A DNA stretch of 64,000 bases from Lytechinus pictus (taxonomy: Eukaryota). Shown piece after piece: positions 24,897-36,118 of this stretch (positions are counted from its first letter, which is position 1; each line of letters opens with the position of its first letter). The stretch spans positions 11,162,001 to 11,226,000 of the forward strand of contig NC_087245.1 of NCBI RefSeq assembly GCF_037042905.1, in the 5' to 3' direction. The notes under the pieces are model-generated. The model was not told the DNA's origin. It did not search any database and was given only the letters and a program-made list of their open reading frames with translations. The translations under genes and the position numbers were made by a program.

Positions 24897-25114
24897 TTAA
24901 GCCACCATTCCGCCAGGTTTGGTTGGTACAGCAGCTGCTTGTTGGTTGTAAGGGGAAACATGGGCAGCTGCGGCTTGGTTGTATCCGGTCTGGTTGTATC
25001 CGGCGGTCTGGTTGTATCCGGCTTGAGGGACAGGTTGGCCCGCTGGAGGGTAAGCCTGCTGAACGTTGTAAGCTGGAGGGGGTTGGGCGATCCCTGTCGG
25101 CTGGGCATACTGGC
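24897..25114 (-). CDS. MS4A-like A last exon (P/Q/Y-rich tail, PPPAY)
   Basis: QYAQPTGIAQPPPAYNVQQAYPPAGQPVPQAGYNQTAGYNQTGYNQ...GGMVA*; homologous to 48486-48661. Confidence 0.88.
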
Positions 25115-28100
25115 CTGTGGGTTTATCCAAAATACATTGTGACAAGAATAAGTATTTTTATCCAATATGTTTGAAACTAATGAATGACTATAAACAAAAT
25201 GAAAAAGATTATTTCTTTTTAAGAGACACTCCAGGCTGCAAATACTTATATCTAAATAAACGAAAAAAATTGAACAGCGCTGAAAAAAATTATCAATATA
25301 TTATTAAAACGAAGTTATTGAATTTCAAAAACAATTTTTAAAATAATTATATGGACGAGGACATGAATAAGCAATAGGGGGACTGGTCATGTCAAATCCT
25401 CACTTTTCATTGTTATATGTTATTCCATACAATTATGATTACTTCATATTTTTCTATACAAGTAACAAAATACATATAAACTGCAGCTACGATTATCTTA
25501 CAGATTATATAAGTAATGAATCCACTTTTATTTAATAGGAATTAATATTTCATATATTGAAGTATAAAAGAATAAGAGGTGATATGACAGCAGCTTGCTC
25601 ATTGCATATTCATTGGGGCATGCATAGAACTTTTTCTTTGATTTCAATGAAACATTCAGTGCAGGGGAAGATCCACTGCAGGATTTTCCAAAGGGGGGGG
25701 GGGACATTTGACAAGCCCAAAAAGGATTTGCACCTAGCATTAAAGGTCATTTTGTCCGCGGAATGTTTGACAAGCAACAGCAACAAAAGGTACTCACTTT
25801 CAAAGGGGGGGGGGGGGACTTGGGTAAACAAATGGCATAGGCCTATATACATTACAAATTTTGATCATGCCTCTCAAAGGGGGGGGGGCGAGCCGGATGT
25901 GACCCCCCCCCCCCAGTGGCGTACCTGGGATTTTTCACAGGGGGGGGCAAAACCGTCCGCCAAAAAATTTGACAAGCCAAAAAAAAAAAAAAAAAAAGGT
26001 CTTCAATCACATATGAAGGATTTCGTATCAGAAAAAAATTTGACAAAAAAAAAAAAAAAAAAAAGGTCTTCAATCACAAATGAAGGATTTCGTATCAGAA
26101 AAAAATTTGACAAGCAAAAAAAAAAAAAAAAAAAAGCTCGTCAGGGGGACAATAAAGGTCTTCAAGCTCGTCAGGGGGGGCAGGGATACGTCCTTTGCAT
26201 GGGTTGTGGCTCGTCAGGGGGGGCAGACTGCCCCCTCTGCCCCCCCCCCCGTAGGTACGCTAGTGCCCCCCCCCCTGGATCCGCCAGTGATTCAGTGTTT
26301 AGTTAATTTTTTTGTTATCTGTTCAATCATATTAATTTTAGCCTATAGAGTATCCCTTAAGCATGTTAAGAGACGGTTGGAGAAGGATAAATTGAATGGT
26401 AGACATGGTAGATATGTGTTTCCATTTGTACAATATACAAATTCCAGGTATTAAGATTGCCTTATATTCGTTTAAAATTACTGATTTTATTTCTATTTTT
26501 TGTTGGTCATACAGAGGTCTTCTGATCGGTATTTCATGATGATTGTATTAATTATGTTTTAGGGGATGACAAATGGAAATATTTCTAACCAATGTAAATC
26601 ATTAACTTCACTGCCGTTTAATCTATAGCAACATGCTTTATAATCACCATATCGAAACCCATATTAAGGGGGGGGGGACCCAGCAATAATATTTTAATTC
26701 TCTGGACACTTACCAGTTGTTACAACCATTGGGGTCGTCTGCTGGGTGTACTGTACAGAATACAATTTGTTAAGAGGGAGAAGGAAAATAGGAGGTGAAA
26801 AACCAATTTGTAATCACACAAAAAATGCAGTTCACTTTGAGACGGTCCTCTCCTCACTGCTATTGTATCCAAATGTAATTCCAAAAGCACAGTGATCTTA
26901 AAGAACATAATGTGAGACTACAAGATTAATCACAACTTTTATATTATCTTCGAACAACGTTTGATTCGTTTAGGATTTTCTTTTATTTTGAAATAGGCTA
27001 TGAGATGCATTTTGATTTTTTTTCAAAGAAAATTGTGCATTATGGGACTATATTATGTTTTAACTTAAAGCTCACCTATATTATAGATGGCGCCAGAGCT
27101 TACACGAGTTATCCATATTCCTATTCATTCACCTGCTCATTCACAAGTCCTTGAAAATAAACCCCTCTACAGATTTCGGTATTCTGAGGGAAATTACAAT
27201 TTACATTACAACAAAACTAGATGCATCGCTTGGTTATTTTCTTAACTACCTTGTTGTCATTGTGATACATTTTTATCTTCACTTTGGCTATTATTAAGTT
27301 CATTTTTCTGTAAAGTATATAGTAAAAATTGCTACAGGACAGACTCACTCTGATATTACGAGGGGGGGGGGGGTTGTTAAGAAAATTGTTGTCTACTCAC
27401 CACAGTGGTGGTTGTGGTTCGGGTTGACGATTGGCCACAGGCCATACCACCGCAACAGTAAGCAGAAGCCACAATAGCTACAATCATCTCTACCAATCCA
27501 AGGATGGCCAACAAAGAGTCACAAGCAATGCTTCCGTTCTGTCGATTCAAGTGGAATATTTCGCATTCGTGACTTCTTTTTCCAATAGCTAATTCAATAT
27601 TTTCATTAAACCTCCTTTATAAGCATTAATAACTAATCCATATAGTCATTAGACTATGCTATTTATGTAGGCCTATTTGTTTATAAAAATTATCGTTAAT
27701 TTACAACGAAAATCAATTCTTCCAGTATTATACAGCGAGGGTCTTTGCTATTTTGTGTAACATTAGCATGCTACTCGTCAGTTGTCACATTACAGCGTAG
27801 GTTATAAACTAGAAATTTTTATTAGTAAAAGTTTACATCTTTAAAAAGGTAAACTTTGGGAAAATCAATCAATACTATATTTATCAATAACAATAATTAA
27901 TTCTCATTCGTACATTTCGATGTATTATAATTATTGTCATTATTTTTGTCATCATAAGTATGATCAATGATAGTCATGATAGTATAGTTTGTCTTACTAG
28001 ATCACCACCATTATTATCATCACTGATACATACCCTGAAGGATGGATCGCAGTAAACGTATACCCAATCGCAGTGTGAGACGTAATTACTTAAGATCCCT

Positions 28101-31100
28101 GCCCCAATGGCACCAACAATCATTTGACCAAAGGCAACATTGGCAGTTATGATGCTCATCGTAAGATAACCGATGATCTAAGAAAAAAAATGTTTGAAAA
28201 AAAGGGTTATTGATACGACGAGAAGGACAATTCTATGAAGTAGGACGACGGATGCGTTGATAAAGCTGAATTTACTGGAGTATCCATCTACTTTTAAGCG
28301 AAAATTATAGTAGGGGCGCTATCTTGTAGTTGACACGATGTGTGTTGAATATGAGGATGTGGGTTTGTGGACCAGAGTGTATTGTGTGTGGGTGTGTGTG
28401 TATGTGGGTGTGTTTGAAATTGTATAATATATATAATAATACTATTTAAGGCCCTAGTTTTCACAAATGTATTATTATAGGACTTAACGTCATGAGAATG
28501 AGTGTATAATTTTGTCTTTACTCATAAATCTAGAAACAAGAATCAATTTTGTTGTATAATGATTATAAACTGTTTCGGGTGTGGGAAGTAAACGCTTGGC
28601 CTCTCATCATATTCATTGTTATTTGGCTTGCATCATTATAATGTTTATGAGAATCCTATAAATAAACAAGCTTTAAAAGTAGAAATTTTTATTAAAATAA
28701 ATACTTACTACACAAGTGTTCTTCTGCATGGAACATATTCCTAAGATCCCAGTTGGGATGTAGAACTGGAAAGAGAGAGACAGGGGTGAATATATTAGTC
28801 TATGAAGGCAAAAAAATCATTATAGCATGTTCAATGCAGCCATATTAACAGGCTCACAACCTATCATTCTATTTGAACAATTCAACTTGCATATAATAGA
28901 ATATGATAACAACAGTATTTTTGTTATTTCTTGCACCTGGGTCTTGCATTATCATAATTTCTAAAGTGCTCTCCTAACTTTAATCTTCTTATTTTTATTT
29001 GATTTTATTTCATTTATTTCGACACGGTACACATAGATCAGCCAAAAACGTCAGGGTTTATTTCCAATTGGTCTAATGCCAATTCGTCCATTTGCCAACT
29101 CGTCTACTGTCATTTGGTCTACCATCAGTTCGTCCAATATCCACATGGTCTAATTGCTATTTCGTCCACTCACCATTTCGTCTAATAACCAGTTGAACCA
29201 ATAGCCATTTAGTCCATAAACCATTTGGTCTTATTGGATAAGTGTTAATTGGGCGATTGTTAAAGGTCAAGTCCACCCCAGAAAATTGTTGATTTGAATC
29301 GATAGAGAAAAATTAAACAAACATAACGCTGCAAATTTCATCGAAATCGGATGTAAAATAAGAAAGTTATGACATTTTCAAGTTTCGCTTATTTTTCACA
29401 AAACAGTTAAATGCACAACTCAGCGATATGCAAATCAGAGAGTCGATGATGTCCATCACTCACTATTTCTTTTGTTTTTTATTGTTTGAATATTACAATA
29501 TTTCAATTTTTACAGATTTGACAATAAGGACCAACGTAACTTAACCCATGTAAACTGTTAAAATAATGGTAATTCCACATGTTCAGGGAGAAATAAAACT
29601 TTGTTTCACTTGACAAGGAGGAAAAAATTCGAATATTTCATATTTCATATAATAAAATACAAAACAAATAGTGAGTGGGTGACGTCATCAGTTTGCCAAT
29701 TTGCATACTGACCAGGATGTGCATATAACTGTTTTGTGAAATTAAGCGAAACTTTGAAATGTCATAACTTTCTTATTTTACATCCGATTTTGATGAAATT
29801 TTCATTGTTTTGCTTGTTGGAATTTTCTCCTTTTTTTTAAACCAACTTTTTGTTGGGGTGGACTTGTCCTTTAATGAAAAGAAAATGCGTATTAGACCAA
29901 ATGATATTAGACGAAATGGTCATAGACGAACTGGTGATTAGACGAAGTGATCATTGGACCAAATGGTTGTTAGACGAAATGTTGATGGACGGAGTGGCAT
30001 TAGACTAAAATAGACCAAGTGATGAGTGGACGAATTGGCAATAGACGAATCGGCAGTTTACCGTTCTTCAGCACGTCCGTGTAAAATAAAAACACAAAAA
30101 CATTTTTTTTTACAATTTTATTAAGAAATACAAAATCATAATTCAATGTACAAGAAAAAAAAAATTATTACAATAAAGAGAAAGCAATTATAAACGACCC
30201 CCCCCCAAAAAAAAAAAAAAATAAATAAATAAAATGAATTAATAAAAATGAAAAAAATGACATCATCAGTAGTTATTTCAATGGAAATAATAAGAATAAG
30301 AATAATAATACTAATGATAACAAGTGATAACGATGTGTACCAGTTGGGTGTTTCATAAAGCTGTTCGTAAAGTTATGTACGACTGGAACACGTCCTTAGT
30401 TGGTAGGGCTATAATGTAGCGCAATAAAGGGTCACAAATCATGCGTAAAGTAATTTGTAACTTTCAAACAGCTTTTTGAAACACCCACCAGTTATGATAA
30501 AGTATTTTGATAATTGCATTTATTCAGCAGCGACTGACGGGGCATCAGAGACGTCGCGGAGATTTCAAAGCAAACTGATCGGCATTTGGCTCGACATCTC
30601 AACAGAAAGGTCTGATCTTTTATTGGAAACATGTCTCCAAGACGAATCTACGTGACCAAAAAAAATATATTGTGCGGTAGAGTAGCTAATCATCATCGAG
30701 TAGACGTCCCCACGGCTGGTCTCCTGCTGCAGGTCTCACGTCCATCTGAAATTCCTGAGAATTTTCAGACATCGCGGAGACGTATCATGATCAAGTCGGG
30801 GATGTATAGTTATAGTATCCGCTACCATGGCTACGTCTCTGCAACTGATAAAAATGTCTCGAAAACGTCGCGAAAACATTGCGAAAACTAGAAGTTCTTT
30901 GAGAATCAAGCACGCTCAGTTTTTCTTGCGACTCCTCGCGTCGGACATGTCGGAAACTCTGTAATTTTAGAAGATATCTTAGAGACGGAAACGTCTCTGC
31001 GACCATCTACATCTGGAGCCCAATCTAGTTGCAAGTCAAGTGAGATATCAAATATATATGACACGTTTTCGAGTAAGAGCATAAAGCTGCTCATCTTAAA

Positions 31101-31667
31101 GCTGGTTATTTGCTTCTTATTCTACATTAGATCTGATTCCAAGAGTGTAATCGAAATCTCGAATCCATATTGCTATAATTTTTATTCCACCTCAAAGATT
31201 TGAACTCAAAAGCCAAAGATCATCCACATGCGATTCAAGTTTGTTCTATTGGCACGATACGCCTAACTGCAAAACATTTCGTTGGTGTAGAAATACTTTT
31301 TTACTCTTTCTTGCATAATTTAGATTCAAATGCCTTCCAGAATTGTTAGTCGTACTCTCAAACATTCCAAAATATCATAGGGGAGGAAGGGGGAACTTAC
31401 CAGAACAGCAGCCCAGATCCCCATAGCGACGTAGCCAACATCAGTCTGGAGTACCAACTCGCCAATGGCAACGACAATGCTCCCAATACCGAGAAAGAGC
31501 TGCAGCCAACCGGTTGCTCTTCCTGCTGCTCCATTGAAGTTCTGAGACACACCACTCGTCGAGTTTGGATTCTGGACAGTAGAATGGTAGTTAACTGGGG
31601 CAGGCTGATGAACATAGACCGTCTGACCCGGGACTCCCGGCTGGGTCGGATAAGATGTGGCCTGCAT
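24897..31667 (-). CDS. MS4A/CD20-like four-transmembrane protein, paralog A (286 aa)
   Basis: join(31667-31401,28765-28709,28177-28034,27538-27401,26750-26714,25114-24897) = 861 nt, open, all GT-AG. Four hydrophobic helices with MS4A-like motifs (GWLQLFLGIGSI, GIWAAVLFYIPTGILGI, LLAILGLVEMIVAIVASAYCC) and Pro/Gln/Tyr-rich tails. Confidence 0.88.
25662..26289. mobile_element. hAT-like MITE with exact 8-bp TSD
   Basis: CAGGGGAAGATCCA...TGGATCCGCCAGTG; ATTCAGTG at 25654-25661 and 26290-26297. Confidence 0.85.
25914..26265. mobile_element. hAT-like MITE nested in the polyC tract of the previous element
   Basis: CAGTGGCGTACCT...AGGTACGCTAGTG, with C-runs on both sides. Confidence 0.8.
26714..26750 (-). 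CDS. MS4A-like A coding exon 5 (37-nt)
   Basis: YTQQTTPMVVTT; phase 0-1; homologous to 49560-49596. Confidence 0.85.
27401..27538 (-). CDS. MS4A-like A coding exon 4 (TM4)
   Basis: NGSIACDSLLAILGLVEMIVAIVASAYCCGGMACGQSSTRTTTTTV; donor GTGAGT. Confidence 0.9.
28034..28177 (-). CDS. MS4A-like A coding exon 3 (TM3 and large loop)
   Basis: IIGYLTMSIITANVAFGQMIVGAIGAGILSNYVSHCDWVYVYCDPSFR; phase 0-0. Confidence 0.9.
28709..28765 (-). CDS. MS4A-like A coding exon 2 (TM2 end)
   Basis: FYIPTGILGICSMQKNTCV; 57 nt, phase 0-0. Confidence 0.9.
29055..30062. mobile_element. Merlin-like MITE built of about 15-bp TTAGACCAAATGG units, interrupted by a Kolobok-type MITE
   Basis: GGTTTATTTCCAATT...GGCAGTTTACC; colinear with the uninterrupted copy at 62688-63058. 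Confidence 0.8.
29264..29870. mobile_element. Complete Kolobok-type MITE with TTAA TSD
   Basis: TTAA-AGGTCAAGTCCACCCCA...TGGGGTGGACTTGTCCT-TTAA; long imperfect inverted arms. Confidence 0.92.
30344..30488. mobile_element. CWG-flanked MITE
   Basis: cag-TTGGGTGTTTCATAAAGCTGTT...AACAGCTTTTTGAAACACCCAC-cag. Confidence 0.78.
31401..31667 (-). CDS. MS4A-like A coding exon 1 (N-tail, TM1, start of TM2)
   Basis: MQATSYPTQPGVPGQTVYV...GWLQLFLGIGSIVVAIGELVLQTDVGYVAMGIWAAVL; splice acceptor at 31689-31690 just upstream of the ATG; donor GTAAGT. Confidence 0.92.
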
Positions 31668-32487
31668 TATCAGTGGTATACTTGAAAGCTGCGAAGGAAT
31701 AGAGAGGATATTGCAAAAACAAAGGTACAGGTACTTTCATGGATTTTATTAAGTACTGCCCATTGCCCAATGACTGAAATACAGACTCCACCTTTGAGTC
31801 TTCGTCCATATCGTATGATCAAACTGATCATGAATAATTTTCGCTTCATGCAATCATGTAAACATAGATCACAAATGTCAGTCTAATTTTTCGCTCTTCA
31901 GTCGTCTTGTTAGGATTAAAGGAGCAGTTTCAACATAAACAGTCCATGGATGTTACTTATAGAATTTATGTTCAATAACGTTATTCGTAGAGATCAAGAG
32001 TATACTATACTCTTGATCTCTACAAAGGGTATACCTGCTACATCATAGAAGTATTGTTATAATACTTCAAATTTATAAATTGTATGGTACCAATGACTTT
32101 TAAATGTGGTTAAAAATTTGATCATAAACCAATCATAACATCCTTCGAAAAAACTGGCGTGAGTATGGCGAGGGGCACATCCTAGAATCTTTGTGGAAGT
32201 GGGGGATAATTTGTACAAAAAATATAGGCATACCCTGTACTTCAAGTAAAATGTACGATGAGCGTGATGAGTTACTGATGACATTAACCAAATCAATGCC
32301 GTTAATGAAACACAGAGCCAAGTAGGGCAGAAGCATTTCCCACACACTTTACAATTTCATCCGATTATTATGCATATATGAGACTTTAGATCACATTTCA
32401 TAACAATCTTATTTATATTTCATATACGAATTTGGCTCAAATTTGTTAATGTTGCATCATGATCTCCCAATATAATCTTAATTTTGT

Positions 32488-32766
32488 GGAGCGTTGTGAC
32501 CCAGTGGACAAGTCTTCTGACTTTGAAACAGAGGGTCGTGGGTTCGAATCCCTGCCATGGCGTTAATTTCCTTCAGCAAGAAATTTAACAACATTGTGCT
32601 GCACTCAACCCAGGTGAGGTGAATGGGTACCCGGCAGGATTAATTCCTTGAATGCATGAGCGCTGAAAGGCAGCTCGAGCTAAAGCCGGGGTAATAATGA
32701 TAATAACTACAACGCACCTCGGAATATAATATTTATAGGTAGATGGCGCTATATAAATGCCTATAA
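32488..32766 (+). mobile_element. tRNA-derived SINE
   Basis: A box TGACCCAGTGG, B box GGTTCGAATCC, body CCCAGGTGAGGTGAATGGGTACCCGGCAGGA shared with 8725-9002, gcgctatataaat tail. Confidence 0.88.
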
Positions 32767-33204
32767 TGTTTTTCTGCAATATTTAAATTTCATTTTGAAT
32801 CACTGTACTATTTCCTCATATTTTTTTAAAAGTTTATATTGTGGCCTGTGATGTCCTATAATCATTTTATAAAGCTCCCTTAATCCCAATAATCATGATA
32901 CAATTTTTTTTTATTATTCTCATCTCACCTTTAACCAGTGAGCAAATGAGCTTTCATTGAACAATATCTGACTTTACGTTATTTACAATTTACCGTTATC
33001 ATCCATTGTAATATAATGCATATCATTTCAATCGACTGAAGCATTTTAAACGACTGAAACTTTTTAAGGCTCGCTCACTCGCTGCATTTCTCTAAAAAGT
33101 GCACACACATTGAAAGACGATTTTGGCAATCATTCCAATTATTAAAACTTTGCTTCCAATTATTAAAAAATTTGCTCGCTCGCATAGTGACATTTATTGT
33201 AATT

Positions 33205-33771
33205 CATAATACAAATAATGAATGTTCACGAGTGCAATGGACAGAATACTTCATGAGGTGAAAGATGAAATGATCCATTCAACGATGATGCGTAGCCGAG
33301 TTGAATGGATCATTCATTTCATCTTTCACCGAATTAAGTATTCTGTCCATTGGACGAATGAAAAGAGCATTTATATGACATCTAAAAATAGATTATTTTT
33401 CATATCAAATTTATCAATTTCGATGTAATATATGACCATGCAGTGCGAGCTCGGTCTGTCTATTGTCGCGTACATACAACATACGCGCTGCATGCAAACA
33501 CGAGTGGTGACCAGGGGACCGTTTCATGAAGTTGTCAGCACTGACAACTTATTGTCTCTCAGCCAATCAAAACCAAGGATTTCACTGAAATTGTCAGCTC
33601 TGACAATTTAGTCAGCGCTGACAACTTTCATGAAACACCCCCAGTAGTCTCGGTGCGCGCGTGCAATGGACAAAATTGCATGGTTGATGACGTCATTGTA
33701 AATGGTCTGAATGATCGATATCAAACAACCAACCAAATGACAAGGATCTATCTACTACTAGGTGTCATATA
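33205..33771. mobile_element. Non-coding element with two consecutive inverted-repeat pairs
   Basis: Hairpin at about 33222-33370 (loop ...GCGTAGCCGA...) directly followed by TATATGACATCTA (33372)...TAGGTGTCATATA (33771). Confidence 0.65.
33515..33641. mobile_element. CWG-flanked MITE nested in the previous element
   Basis: cag-GGGACCGTTTCATGAAGTTGTCAGC...GCTGACAACTTTCATGAAACACCCC-cag. Confidence 0.8.
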
Positions 33772-35592
33772 AATATATATACATGTATATTGTGTACCCC
33801 GCCCATGGATAGTGATTGATGTGTAATGCTGCAAAGATTTGAAACGAGAAATATTTTCCCCCATTTCTCTTACAAATTCACCAGTACATCAGAGTTTCGC
33901 TGCTCTGTGAAAAATAGAATGAAAAAAATCTTTGTTCTAGAATATATGCTGCTCGCATTACCAATTCAGGTATTGACTTTTGGTGTTTACTGTAAAAATT
34001 TAAATTGCATGGGAAAATACTATTTCTATTATGATATCCGCTTAAATTCAAGTCAATATGCAGGTATAATAAATTTTAAAGGGACATATTTTAATTGTGA
34101 TGTAATTGTTTGATTTCTACCAGAAATTAATTTTATTAGATATTATTTTTCAGGAAAAATGACCGATTCGCTGTTTCTTAATAGTCCAATTGTGTTAAAA
34201 TGATATGGGAACGTGGTAAGAAAGAGGAAAACAAATTTGTGGTTGCATATATCAATAGCTCCGTTAATGACGAAATGTGTTAGCATATTTTATAAAGGAT
34301 TGAGTTTGTGGTGAAAATAAATATATTACCCTATTTCTATTATTGACTAATTAATTGATTTGTTATGAATTTGATGACAATGGTCATGATGATGATGTGG
34401 TTAATTACTATGATAAAAATGATGTTTTTATTTAAGCCAACTGAAACCAATCTATCAACGGATCCTGCATTACACAGTATCTTAATATTACACTTCTTCA
34501 TTCCATTGCTGAACACAGCCTATCAAAAGAAGGCATAAGGTCCCACTTTTATAAGTTTTTTGCTATGACTCGGCCGATGTGGTAGAAGATTTGGACCGGG
34601 GCCCGCCAGTCCAAAACGGCTAGTATATTTGGGTTGCCAGTACCAAACGGCTAGCCGATCGGGGCTGCCAGATCCAAAAGACTGGTTGAAATTTTTGCCG
34701 ATACGAACGGAAAGCCGCCGTTTGGTTCCATATTCGTCAGAAGGTTCGAATGTAGTAAATATATTCTATAAATATCTGCTTTGGTGAAATGTCTCAATAT
34801 ATATATTGGTGTGATTTTTAATGTAATTTCATCACAATTATTTCTATAATTCGGTCTAAAATAAAAAAAAAAGTTGGTCTAGGTAGATCGAGATAAGAGG
34901 TATTTCAACCTCGTACGTTACGGACGGTACCATCGGTACGCCTTCGGTACACGATGCGATGTACCGGTACCTTTTTTGCGCGCGTGCAGCGCTGGACTGC
35001 CTGAACAGTTGACACGGTACCGTACTGTACCACGTCTCTTTTTGGGAGTAGGGTCTACTCTAACGTTAGTTTTTAAACATTTGTTTTTTAACTTTTTGAT
35101 TGTAAACATGGACCGTGATTTTGTTATCCAATGCGAGGACATCTCGCATTACCTCAGGCATGGGGGTTCGTCAAAATCTATACATCACAAATTATATATT
35201 TTGTATTAAACAGTCAAAATTTTGCTCGCAGCTTTAATAAAAATGCGTTGTACGCCATGTCTGGCCCAAACTTTTGCCTCATTACGCCACTGGGGTAGAT
35301 AGTATACTATTTTTTTAATTGTTCTTCATATTTAAGTGCGCTTTTTGCCTTTTTCCCCTATGTCCCTCTCCCACTTTGAAATTTGCCCCGCCGCTCCTGA
35401 TTATTTTCCTCTGTCTTCATATTTCTATAAATTTGGTAAAATATATAGCGTGAGAAATGACTTGCGGACAGAACGTCGCTGGTGTTTCATACTTCAATGA
35501 TCAGTGAACTGACATTACAAATCTTGTAGCTTCTTTCTTGTGCCAAGCTTTGATCGATAGCTTGGTGCAATTAAAGTGATATTAAGAAGCTA

Positions 35593-35869
35593 CATAGGCG
35601 ACGGAAGCGGGGGGGGGGGGCGAGGGTCCTGTCCCCCTAAATTTGAGGTGGTTTTATTTTATTTATTTATTTTTTTGCTTGTCAATTTTGTTTCCTGCGT
35701 CCCCCCTAAATTCAGGTGGACCGCCCTAAAATTGTTTAAAATCGTTATGGTCCCCCCTAAAAATTTGTTTGTTAACCTTTTTTTGTTTTTGCTTGTCCAA
35801 TTTTTTTCCTGTGTCCAACCATAAATTCCAGGTAGACCCCCCTAAATTTTTTGGCTTCCGCCGCCAATG
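35593..35869. mobile_element. hAT-like MITE
   Basis: CATAGGCGACGGAAGC...GCTTCCGCCGCCAATG; 8-bp flanks AGAAGCTA/AGAAGCTT. Confidence 0.8.
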
Positions 35870-35942
35870 AGAAGCTTCTAGATAAAATATATATAGATAA
35901 AATATATATATAGGGCCTACATGTGTGTTATTAAATGCCAGC

Positions 35943-36118
35943 CAGGTGCGGATCCAGGAATTTCCAGGAGGGCACTTTTGTCCAGAAAAATTTGACAAGC
36001 AAAAATTAAAAAAAGGGTTAGCACTTGCACATATACGGTACTTTCGACCACTTTTTTGTGCCTCTAAAAGGGGGGGAGGCATGAGCCAGGTGTGCCCCCC
36101 CCCCCTGGATCTGCGCCA
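35943..36118. mobile_element. hAT-like polyG/polyC MITE
   Basis: CAGGTGCGGATCCAGG...CCTGGATCTGCGCC. Confidence 0.7.

Larger units (their letters stand above)
25223..26356. mobile_element. Old Kolobok-type MITE hosting nested hAT-like MITEs
   Basis: ttaa-GAGACACTCCAGGC...GCCTATAGAGTATCCC-ttaa; interior resembles the other TTAA-family copies. Confidence 0.6.

Noticed and set aside
25557..26454. 249-aa Lys/Gly/Pro-rich ORF
   Set aside because: Homopolymer runs of nested MITEs inside an intron of the opposite-strand gene.
32488..32560. tRNA gene
   Set aside because: A/B boxes continue into a SINE body shared with 8725-9002; acceptor stem not convincing.
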